The notes beneath the pieces are model-generated. The model had not been told where the DNA came from. It saw only the letters and a program-made list of their open reading frames with translations, and ran no database searches. A DNA stretch of 64,000 bases from Lama guanicoe (Eukaryota), in assembly GCA_013239625.1 (NCBI GenBank), contig MU053934.1:93241-157240 (forward strand), given 5' to 3'. Below are positions 39,579 through 52,160 of the stretch, one piece after another. Each line of letters begins with the position of its first letter. Positions within the stretch are counted from its first letter, which is position 1. Made by a program: the position numbers and the translations under genes.

Positions 39579-40479
39579 TTAACCAAAAAAAAAAAAACTG
39601 TATCCTCAACAACTAGGTTTTTTCTTACTATTAAGTTTCTTTCAAAAGCGAAGATTCTGAATCCCTGGGAAACGGCGCAAGTGACAGCTGACAACGTCAT
39701 GAGCTTTGGAGCACGTAGACTTGAGTTCAATTTTCAGGGCTCTTTTTAACCTGTCTGAGCTTCTGCTCCCTCCCTTCTCTTTAAAATGGGGATAATGCCT
39801 GCATCATACTTTCTGTTGCTGATTAAATAAGATATGTTGTACGTTGTTCGGCAAATGGTTGTCCCATCCCCCTCCTTCCCAGCTCCGGACTCACCGTTGC
39901 CGGCATTACTCAGGATGGTTCGTGACAACGAAGCAGCAGGAGGAAAGGACCTAGGCTCTAAGGAGGGGGAGCGTGTTTCACCCCACGCTCTTTGCCCCCC
40001 TATCCCATACTCACTTCACTTCCATCCACCAAAGCCAAGAGAACAGTCCTTGGAGTCAGGAATGTTTGAGGTGTGGCTCCATCAATGACTTCCTCTCACC
40101 GATCCCCGGTTTCCTCACTTAGGAAAAGAATAACCTTTCCTCTCATGAGATTCCAACAGGCAACAGAAGCAACAGTTCAGCCCACCAGCACGTGCGTGCT
40201 TCACACGTGGTAGCCGTGACTGGTTACCGGGAGCTCTGAACATGGTTGTCAGAGGACATGCTTAAACAGGGTCTTCGTCAGCTTCCTCTATTAGATGTAG
40301 GTTTTTATGTTTGTGGATTGTATGTTTTATGTGCTAAATCACTCAGAGTTGCTATGCTATTTAATATTAACGAACTTGAAAAGTCACATATACATAGACA
40401 CCTATTTTCTGAATTGCCCTGAGTAAGTACACCTACTTCTCATTCAAAACACTAAGCCAGCGAAACACCTGTCTGTACT

Positions 40480-40970
40480 CTTCAAAAATATCCCTGTCAT
40501 AAGGTGCAAAAAAAGGACCAAGGCGTTGTTCCTGATGAGAGACTATGAGCAACTAAAGTGCATTATGTCTTGGACTGGATCTTGGAATCAGGGTTGGGGG
40601 TGAGGGGTGTGAATGATGGGGGTTACTGATACCAAGACGTGGCTAGAATAATTGGTGAACTTTGAATGGAGACTGTGTATTAGATGATGGTATCATCTCA
40701 ATGTTAAATTTTTTGAATTTGACCATTGCACTGTGGTTCTACAAGAGAATGTCTTTGTTTTAAAAAAAATACACGCTAAAATAATCAGGTTTTAAAAGGG
40801 CGTGACAGATACAATTCACTCCCAAATGTTTCAGAAAAAATATTACAGGCAGAGAGATAGGAAGCATTCGTGGCCCAATGTTAGTAACTGCCGAACCTAA
40901 ATGAAGGATCTGCGAAAGTTTTTTGTAGTCCTCTTGCCACTCTGCTGCAATCTAAGTTTAAAAATGAACT
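40480..40970 (+). mobile_element. Ancient L1 (L1MC/ME) 3' end
   Basis: tggactggatcttgga...atcaatgttaaattt...agagaatgtctttgtt. Confidence 0.65.
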
Positions 40971-43900
40971 AAAATGTTCACATGCTTGTAATAAGGTGAA
41001 ACTCATCTTGGCACAGTCTGTTTATTTTTCTGCTAACTGGCTCATTCTGCATGACGTGAAAGCAGACTGTGCCTGGTGTCCTGTTGGATTTGTGTGCCCG
41101 TCACGGAGCAGACGCTCAGTTATGTGAGATACAGGAGAAATGATGGAGAGTGCCATGAAATTGACCCGGTGCCACTGCAGCCCAGGCTTTCTTCCTTCGG
41201 AACCACTGCAGCAGAACTTACCCGGGACTCTGTTGAAGAGACTGCTCTGGGCAGGCTCTGTCAGTCATTTCATGACATCGTCCCGGCCTCCCTGATCAGA
41301 TGGTCTGGGTACCACACCTTGGGAAACACTTTCCCAGCACAGACTGACCTTCTTTCATTACAGAAGATACTGTTTCTTAAGACTATCTGAGTGGGTTGGA
41401 AGAAACCAATGACCAAATCCATCAAATATTCACTCAAAATCCTACGTCTTGGTGGCGCCCCCTTAGTCTCCTTCCAATCTCAACAATCATTCCTTGAAAT
41501 TATAAACTGAACTTGAAATTACTTACTAGAACATTTTTGTTAAATGAAGGAGGACAAAGACTCTGGTATCCCCAACACTAGATCCTATGGGACTGAAACT
41601 TCCTAGGATGCCTTTGGTAGATAACCAACATTTCCTAAACTCTAATGGCATTAAGTTGGAAAATAAACCCTTAGCATTAAAAGTAAGGAATAAAAAAGCC
41701 TGTGACCATGAACTGCATGAAGATATGACTGTATATGGACAGCAGCCAAGCTGAATTCAGTATCACATGAGGAGACAACAGCATATAGCGGAGAGACATT
41801 GGTTTCTGATGTTAGCCAGATCTTGGTTCCAATTCCAGCCCCTCCATTAACAACCCGTGTGATTTTGGGTAAGTGGCGTAATTTCTCTCCGAGACGGCTG
41901 GTTCCATTAGCTACATAATAGGGGTACTAATGCCTTCCTTATATTATAACGTTGCTGTGAGGACCCGTCGGTGCCAACTCCCATAGAAGTCCTGGCTCAG
42001 TAAATGGCCACTCGGACTGTCTTCACCAAGAGTGTGCAGGCGCCGTGTCAGAGTGGATTTCAATCACGTTTCTCCCACTAACACAGAGCTCCCTAAAGGC
42101 CTGGTGACCACAAATGAGGCCTTAACTCAAAGACAGTAGAGTCTTTGAATGGAATCGAATTAAAGTAGGGTCTGTCCTTTCATGATGGGGTACAAAGAAG
42201 CTATTAGTCAGTTCGGCAAATACGTCCTCTGTTAATCAGCTCAGCGCAGAGAGATCACTTTGAAGCAGTGTGCTGACTTGAGGTCCGAGGGGGAGCTGGA
42301 AGCGTAGTCCCTCTACCTGTGCCCCGTCATCTAGGAAATAACCCAGGAGAAGCATTCGGGGAGTCCGTTACCGCCCCCTAGAGTTGATCCCAGCTGCCTA
42401 CACGTGGTGGTAGGTTGCCAGGTTCCGTCTCAAATGAGTTTTCAGAACCCGTGGGCACAGCGAGACTTGGAGCCTGGAGGAGAGGGTGCTGTCTAGGCTG
42501 TGCGTGTGACTGGATGGATGGCGAAGGAGGACTAGGAATCTCATAACCTTCCTGCATCGGTTCAGATACTCTTGTCTGCCGATATTTAATATGTGCTCCT
42601 TTTTCATGGGGGAAGACAGCCTCGTGACAGGTTATGTGGCTTTGGGTTTAACAAGTAGGCTTGAATTTAAATTCTGGTTCTGCCATGAGGAAGTTACTTA
42701 ATTTCCCAGAGTTCAGTTTCCTCATCAATAGACAGTAATATCCCCTTTGTTTTGCAAGGATTTGATGAGCTAATGTACCCAAATATCCTTTCATGGGGGT
42801 TGCTCAGTAAATCTCAGCTCTCCCGAACACTGAATACTACTGGGGCTAAATGAGAGACTCCTTTCCTTCTTCCAGCTGAAAGCCGAGATGGTACTGGCTT
42901 ACTTAAGCATGAAAACATCAGTGCGCCCCATTTATAGGCTTGTTTTAAGCTAGGGAACCAATATGAAGGAGTCAACATCTGTAGCAACTGCTCCTGCCCA
43001 TGTGGCCGCAGCTCCCCACACGGGAGCGGGGGCTGGCGACGAGCTGCTGTCCCCAGCATAAGTTCTGGGAACTCATGCTGTTGGCTCTGCAGACCTCAGC
43101 CTCCACTGGGTTGGCAGCTTCTGTGTTGAACTTGGGCCCCAGACAATATCTGAGCTCTAGCCTTAAGTGAGAGGGGCTTCAGGGTGCCAGGCACCTGTTT
43201 TGGGGGAAAGAGGGTTTTTTTCCTGTTGGTTTCCGGCTTTAATAAATTCAGTGTATGTGAAGCTACACCATCTTCCAATTTATACCTATTGTCTCAGAGT
43301 AATTAGCACCTTCTTTCATTCGCGGAAGTGGCCCATTTGGATGATGCATTATACAATCGCAACTATAACTAGAGAAACTCAAGGGAAACCCAGGTGGCTG
43401 GCCGTGAAAAATTTTAAAAAAAGGCTTTAGGGAATTGAAAATTGATTTTCCACACCGAGAAACTAGGCCTACTGGCCTATTTTCACTTGGCTCAAGTAGC
43501 TGGTAGTGATTAATTTAAAAACTGTACCAGTGCGTCTGTTAGCAGTGGTCTTCTCTAGAGAAGGAAGTCTGAGTGCCTGTGTGTGCACGTGCGTGTGCAC
43601 AGGGAGAAGGAAGGAGCTGTGGTGTGCTGGTAGATGTGTGACAACTGGCTCTCAGGCTGGTGGTGCCCTGACTTGTGGTGTTTTCTGGTTTCCATGGTGA
43701 AAACACTCCGATCGTGGATGATTTCATGCTATGTGGGTGACGTCACTGAACCCAGGAGTAGGAATGAGACGTGCACCTGAAGTCCTTGTGAGCTGGTCTG
43801 CGCTGGCTCCGCCCACCAGGGGACAAGGGGGACTTCCACATGGACTTTGAAGCCTTTAGTGATGCTTCACTTTTACAGTATTCATGTATGCCTTCTGTAA

Positions 43901-44392
43901 TAACAAATGCTGTATATATGTAATGTATGCCTATGATAGATTCATACACACACACGTATGTAAATTTATGTAGATCTATGTGAGGATTCATCCTAACGGT
44001 TTTCCTAAAATTTTCAGTAAATTTGAGCGAATGCACTTGAGTGCCCTGAGGGCCTCTTATAAATCAGGCTGCCCCGGCATTCCCTGATTTATCAGGACCA
44101 TCGCTGCGATTTACCATGCTAGCCCACATCGAGTATTGGAAACATCTGGCTTTGGTCTTGAGACAGAAGCTAAATGGAAAACGTGAAAACACTTTGCAGG
44201 TTGGAGCATGAAGTGAGATCTAACCTCAAGCAAGGAGCAAAAGAGGTTCAAGTTCAAATGAGGAGAAAACACAGTGGGAGAAGAGAAAGTGTAAAGTTGC
44301 CATTTATCGACTTTGCTCTCCACACCGCAGTGTGTCCGGGAGCTCCTGACAAGAGCGGGTGGGGACGGGGGAAGAAACAGTTGGGACTTCCG

Positions 44393-44398
44393 TTTATT
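44393..44398 (-). terminator. Polyadenylation signal AATAAA (probable main site)
   Basis: tttatt on +, about 1.3 kb past the stop. Followed on the mRNA strand by CTGTTTCTTC. Confidence 0.65.
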
Positions 44399-45293
44399 GA
44401 CTGCAGCGTTTGCTGGTCACACTGCAACTCGACACACACAGCCCGGCAGAGAGGAGGGCACTGACTCTTGTTCTCATCAATGTAAACACGACATTAATAC
44501 CGAAGATTCAAGAAAGTGGGTAAAAAGTCCAGTGTCCCCTCAATCTGTGTCACGGCGAAGGTGCCTGCCTACCCTGGGCCGGGTCGCAGAGGGACCCTGA
44601 GGTCGTGACCTCGTCCCAGCTTCAGCGAAGCCGATGCCAACACCACAGGAGCCCAATACATTCTTCCCGAAGGTCTCCAAGTAGACTTGTGACTCTTCGG
44701 GACTGGGCTTGCGGAACGATGAAAGTTCTTCTAAAGGCCTGCGAGGTTCGCACCTTTTGCGTGCATGGAAACCGTCCCTTTAAAGCCCTTTCCCCGTGAG
44801 TCAGTCATAGCCAATAGAAAATGTGACCGGTTGTGAAACAGCTGGTCTTTGTATATCCACAGTCCCAATCACCGCCCCTGGATCCTGCAGAGTAGGGAAT
44901 TCAGGGTCCCGGGGCACTCGGTGATCATCCCGAAGAAGGCTACCCATGTTTAAATAGTGGCCGGGACTCCTGGCCTCCTTGCTGGGCCACTGCTGACAGG
45001 GGGATGTTCACCGAGGCAGCTGACTCTCCTTCAGAGCCTTAAAAGATCAGGTTTTCTATTTGGGATTCCCAGACCCAAACCAAACAAAGAAACAAAATTC
45101 CCCAAAACAAAACAAGGGTGACCTTGAGGATGAAGAACCAACCAATCCGACCTCCAGGTCCTGCCAGGTACAGTGTCCCCACTGGGTTTTGCCAAATAGT
45201 TGGTTCCGATCATTGGTGTGCCCTACCCTGGGATACTCAACTAAATTTCAGGGCAAAGAAGAAAGTTTTCTCTGAAGAAGAGACATTTTTGCT

Positions 45294-45299
45294 TTTATT
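45294..45299 (-). terminator. Candidate proximal polyadenylation signal AATAAA
   Basis: tttatt on +, about 390 nt past the stop. U/C-rich tract downstream on the mRNA strand (TCTCTTCTT, CTTTCTTCTTT). Confidence 0.45.
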
Positions 45300-45685
45300 T
45301 CCTGGGATGGCTGCCCACCCCCACCCCCACCCCACCTTCCCCTTTTTTAAAAGCAATGAGGACATCCTAAAGACCTGCTTGGTCATCTGGCTTTGTGGAA
45401 GGATAACCCTTTTGCTCCGTCTCACCCCTCTGTGCCCCATCTCTTGGAGAGACCATGTGGATGGGCTGTTTTTCCCACACTCTGGGAATGACAGGTCATG
45501 GGCCGGAGAGGGACTGGCCGGATCCTTGTCCCAGATCTCTGTAGAGAGGGCAGCTCTGTTGGGCCAAAGAGACAAACAAAAACGAACCAAAAAAGCAATG
45601 CTCCATTTGAGTTTCAAGGCTGGGCCCCACGCAGCACGGGGCTCTCCCACTGCAGAATGTCTCCCTGGTGCCGGGCCTCTCGGTG

Positions 45686-46054
<369 letters not shown>

Positions 46055-47549
46055 TTACCTGGCTTCCCTGAGCCTGGGTTTTCTCATCTATAAAGTGAAG
46101 GGAGTAATACCTACCTTGCGAGATGACCAATAATGTACGGCTCATGCTGGGCAGAGCTTAGGGCCCATAACAGGTTCTTGATAAATGAGACTACACGCCC
46201 ACGTGTTTGCTCTAGAATGACACAAGCCACGGGAGGTTCTCTTGTGCAATTAAATGATGTCTGTTTATGTGATTTCTCACAGAGTTTGATGAGATTTGAC
46301 AGATTAGTACAAAAGAGGGGACACTAAAAGAAAGAGGGGGAAAAAACAAAAACTCCACTGGACTGAAGCTTATCAAGGACAAAACAGACAAAGCAAACAA
46401 AAAGCCCCAACAAACAACAAACCGAAAACACAAATTTCCACCCACACAGCCTTATTACAAGTCCCACCATCAAATGGTGTTCTCCACTTTGCAGAATATA
46501 GAAACTCAGATCAAAAATGAATGGCCTCTGAGGAGCCAAAATAGAGGGTGTAAATTTAGGATGTGTCACTCAAAGGAGAACCAGCACACTTGTACTCAGA
46601 ATCCACGTACTCTAATTTCGGACAGCATGTCTGGTAAGCCTTGGTTATCTAGTTTTGCAGCCCAGAGCAGATCAGAATCAACTCAGCAAGGGAAAAATCA
46701 GGATGGGGAAAGGCAGCTGTTACAGATGGAGGAATGCTGACAGCAGCAAGAAATGACAGTTGATGGTGAGGAAGAAGTTAAGAAAAACCATGAAATGAAA
46801 ACGCAAGCACTCCCGAAGCTTGGCTGTCTGGGACACTTCATGTGGGGACAGAGAGCCTTTCCGATCCCACTAGCCCCTGTAGGTGTGGCTGGATTACCTC
46901 TCAGGGGTGTATGTCCCTAAATCACTGGAAGGGGTAAAGTTATGTTTAGCATGTGCTACAGCAAAGCAAGGAAAAGAGGCAACACATTTTCAAGTGTTCT
47001 GTCAAAACTGCTAAAAACAAATAAAAGCCCAGGTCTCAGTGCTGGAAGAATTAACCTGGTGGAACCAGTTCGCCTCACCATACTGCCGGACTCACGAAGA
47101 TTACGAAATTTCTTTCCAGCAGAAGGTAAGGCAGACTCAGCGTTTCTGTCTGTGAGCATCACTGGACCACCCCCAAGGATTATTGGAAACATGGACACTA
47201 AAGGTCATGCTTTCTGTTGTTTAACATGAACACTCTTCCACAACCTTCTATCTCCATCACCGGTTTGCAACCCTAGATATTTATTCAGGGGCTGCTCTCA
47301 AACACCCTGGAACTGTTGGAAAGTTCTCCAGGTGACTCTCAGGGCCGCCAGCACTGAGCATCCATTGCTTCTCCTGACTTTGGGATGGTCCTGTTGAGGA
47401 ATACTTGCACTGTGCGCTGAGGAGGTGCCTTGGAGAACAGCGTTCCAAGAGACCAAAGGGTGGGGTTGAGGGGCTCAGGCATCCTCCTCTTGGCTGAACC
47501 AGGTCAGCTTTGCGCCTGTTTGTTTGACACAGGGGTTGCCAGGCTGCAG

Positions 47550-47740
47550 TGTGTCTGGCCAGCCACATGCTTTTGTAAGTAAAGTTTTATTGGAACACAG
47601 CTACATTGGTTGTTGAGAAACCAGCTATAACTGAACTACAACGGCAGAGCTGAGCAGTTGAAAAGGATGCCTGAAGGCCCCACAAAGCCCTCCCAGCTCA
47701 CTATCTGGACCTTTAGAAAAAGGCGCTGCAGACCCCTGGT
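47550..47740. mobile_element. MER58-like hAT element in the last LARGE1 intron
   Basis: ttttgtaagtaaagttttattggaacacagc...ctatctggacctttagaaaaag..gcagacccctg. Confidence 0.75.
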
Positions 47741-48141
47741 TTAACCTACTAGAACCCTGCAGGAGGTTTCTTTTGAAGTAGGTGCTCAGCAAGTATGAGT
47801 TGAATGAATGAAAGGTTTCATGATTAAATACAGCCTGAAACTCATCCGTCTGTCAGTTACAGGGTAGAATCAGTAGCTTCGCCTTAGCTGCATGCTTTGT
47901 GTCACTGATATGAAACTCCCAGAATGCTCTGTGTCAATTATGTGACTCACAGACCCAGTGATGAATGGTCCTCATTTGCTCGTCTTCATCCCTGGGTTGC
48001 ATGAGGGGGGTGGTGGTGAAATGGTTTGTCCCAGGACACTCACATTTGCCTGAGTCCTGGCTGGGAACCAACTCTCACCCAAGGTAGAAGAGTTTGGGGA
48101 TCCGCAGCACTGAGGGTTAGTATTGCCACGTTCCCCCTCTA

Positions 48142-48627
<486 letters not shown>

Positions 48628-49944
48628 TCACACTGAGGCTGGATGTCCTCTGGACCTGCAGAGAACCATCCAGCGTGGCTGGCTGGTCCCTGGCCCGCAA
48701 GTGGACTTCCAGGAAGTTGTGTTATTGGGGGAGGTGACCAGGCTGGGAGGATGCAGGCACTGGAACCTGCCACTCCACCAATTCAGCAGCTCCTACCACA
48801 ACCAAGGTCACTTCAGTGGAAGGACAACACAAGGCTGAGTAATGCCACATTCACGAAGGGTGAAAAGGAAGGATGTTGTGAGTTGTTGGGAGTGGTCCAA
48901 AAATCGGGCCAGGAAGGAGGTGATTTTCCATTTGTGAACAGGCAGTCTGGCCACCTGACACCTTTCACTGAACTGGCCTGGCACAAGGACAGCGGTGGAC
49001 ACGCATTAGGTTTAGAGCGCAGCACAGTGGAGCCACTGGACCAGGGTTCAAACATCACCTCCACCTCTTAGGCGCTGAGGACCTCCGACTGCAGAGCATC
49101 TAAACCAGGCTTTAGTTTCCTGCTGTGTCCACCAGCGAACTGCTGAGGGGCTTAAATGAGAAAGCGGAAAGAGGTTGGCCCGGTGCTGGGAGGCGGGGGG
49201 CGGGGTATTCCACAAACGCCGGCTCCCTGCCACCCAGTCCTGCAAGGTGGTTAAAAACACTGGTTCTGGTGGGATTCGGGGCCTGTCTGGGTTTGCGCTG
49301 TCCCTTGACAGGTGCAGAGGAGTCACCTGCCTCCTCTGTGGTTGTGCTGCTTTCTGTTGGTAACACAGAGAGAATGATCCCTACTTCGTGGGATACTTAG
49401 AGCGATGTCTGATACACAGTAACAGCCTCAGAATATAAAGATATTCTCATGATTTCCCCTGGTTTGTTCCGAGACATGTCGACTCATGGGTGGTCTTACT
49501 GTCAGTGGTACCAATAGCCATCTTATTTGTCCTCCTTTTCTAGAACCTGAATTCTTGGCCTGTTCTCATGTGAAAAAGAGGAGGAAGAGAAGGAAAGAGC
49601 AGAGGCAGCTAGGTCAGCTCTGTTCCCCTGGGTGGGCAGGCAGGTTCTGTGGGCTCAGCCCTGGAGACTGATGGCACACCAAGTGGCTGGTCAGCACAGA
49701 ACAAGTGGAGGTTACAGTTAACTTGCCATTAACTAAAACAAGCCACAGCCTGAAAACTGCTCCAAGGAACCTACTTTCAGACCAGTCGACACTGGTTCTC
49801 TAGGACTTGCTCTCTGAGGCCATCAACATCAGCCTCCCAAAAAAACCAGTGATGAGCGAGGTTTCCTGGGCATGCTTTGTAGGACGCTGTATAGAAGAGA
49901 CTTGGGGCACTGTGCTTTGAGCAGAGGTGCTCAGACTTGGGTGT

Positions 49945-50116
49945 GTATCAAGATCCACTGGAGGGCTATTTTGTAACAGTCAGATTGCTAGGTTCCACCC
50001 GCCGAGTTTCTGATCCAGCAGGTCTGGGATGAGGGTTGAGACCCTGATGCTTCTAACGAGTTCCCGAAAGATGCTGATGCTAGTGGTCCAGGGACCACAC
50101 TCTGAGAACCACCGCC
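49945..50116. mobile_element. MER5-like hAT element
   Basis: gtttctgatccagcaggtctggg...ttctaacgagttccc...ggaccacactctgagaaccac. Confidence 0.75.
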
Positions 50117-51899
50117 CTGGAGGACGTGGATGGTGTGGATAGTTTCTCATTCCAGGTGCGGTGGGGAGTAGGTTCCAGCTGCTGGAAAGCATTAAGAGTT
50201 CATCATTTGGAGGGAAGGCGACAAAAGCAATTTCTCGGAGGGAAGGTATGTAATTTAGCACTTGGCGTGGGCGGCTGGCAAGCTGTTGGCCGGAGCAGCA
50301 ATCATGTACACAGCAGGCCAAACCCCAGCTCTCACGCCCACGAAGTTGGCCTTGAAATGAGTTCTTAAATCACCTGGGGATGGAGATGGAAGGAAGGATG
50401 CCTTGGAAATTTGCCAGGTGGTCAGTCATCAGGCTACATCCAAAGTCTCCATTTTTGCATGCCTCTTCAACACAGGTAAGAAAATTCAGGACTTGATCAG
50501 AGATCTGACAGTATTTTGGTTAGGATTATAGGCTCGGCAGCTCCTCAGACCTGGGCTGAATCCAGGCTCTGACTGGCTGTGTGGCTTGGAACAGTCAGTT
50601 AGCCTCTTAGAGCCTCAGTTTCTTTATCTGTAAAATGGGGACAATGTATCTGCCTCAAGGATTTGTGATGAGGATTTAATGGACTGATCACAGGGCCTGA
50701 CATGTGTTAAGCACTCAGTAAGTGATAGTTATTATTTCTTTCCGAAAAGAAAGCAGGATTGGCTGGTGGGGTATTAACTCTTTCAGGCTACTTTCTAGAA
50801 TTCTGGATGGAGAAAGAAGGCTGGAGTTTAAGTCCTGGCTCCTCCAGGACCCTCAACTCTTCAGTTTCTTTATCTGAATGAAAGGTGAAAAGGGATCATC
50901 TCTGAATTGTTGAATGAATAACCTATCTTATAAAGATATTTTCACAAAATAATGTCTGTTTGAAAAAACCTTCTAGAAGCTTCTAGTAACTTAATGGTAT
51001 GAAAACCGAAGTTTTCATATTGTGATCTTTTCAATAAAATTCAGCTTGCCTAGAATTGTATGTTTTTTAGCTCAAAGGGAGTGCTGGCCATTCTCACACT
51101 GTTCAAGATGGAAGCCTCTCTTTAAAACAGGAGCTGATGGAAGACATGGCTCTCCCTTCGGACTGCTCTGCCAGGAGACCCCCAGGATTCCTGCTTCCTG
51201 CAGGGGTGCCACACTGAGTGTTGGCAGCCTGTCCCCAGGAGCCAGAACGCTTTCCCACCTGTGCAGTCGTACCGACTCCCTGGGCACTGTGGACAGGAGG
51301 CAGGACAATTCCTCTGAGATGGTTGTGCAGGACTTAGGGGTCTAGGAAACCAGGAAAATGAGGGGTTTGTTCGAGACTGTCACTTAGGCAAGAGGAAAGG
51401 CAGCTTCCACAGTGGCTGCATCCACCGATGACTTGGAGTCACCCTGATGACTTGAGTGGTTGAAGCTACAGCTGCCCGGCCCAGGTTTGAGGACCTGGGA
51501 GAACAGACAGCACACAAAGAAAGGAAAAAAAAAAAAAAAGGAAGGAAGGAAAAGGCAGACGGCCACCACAACGCTCACATGATGAAACCCACTTACCAGA
51601 TGAGCGAGTGGACAAGCAAACCAAAGAGAGGACTCAAGAGCTGGGAGATGGGGCAGAACCTGAGCTGAGGGAAGTACAAAAGGAGATGAGCTGAACCCCC
51701 TGCCCAGCACTCCTGTCCCTCCGCCTGGACCCAGTTCTGTCGCAAGTGTACAGAAAGCATGTGGCAGGTGGGAAGAGAAAGACTGTGCCAAGCACACAGT
51801 CTGAGGCCAGCGGTGCTTTTCTTGGCCTTAAGGTGGCCTAACGCTGGCGACAAAGGGCTTCGGGCACCCCCGGAGGGGGGCGCCAGTGAGGGCTGCTCA

Positions 51900-52160
<261 letters not shown>

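Larger units (their letters stand above)
44375..45685 (-). other. LARGE1: LARGE1 3'UTR (to the probable main poly(A) site; end approximate)
   Basis: Repeat-poor sequence after the stop codon, with AATAAA on the minus strand at 44393-44398. Confidence 0.7.
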
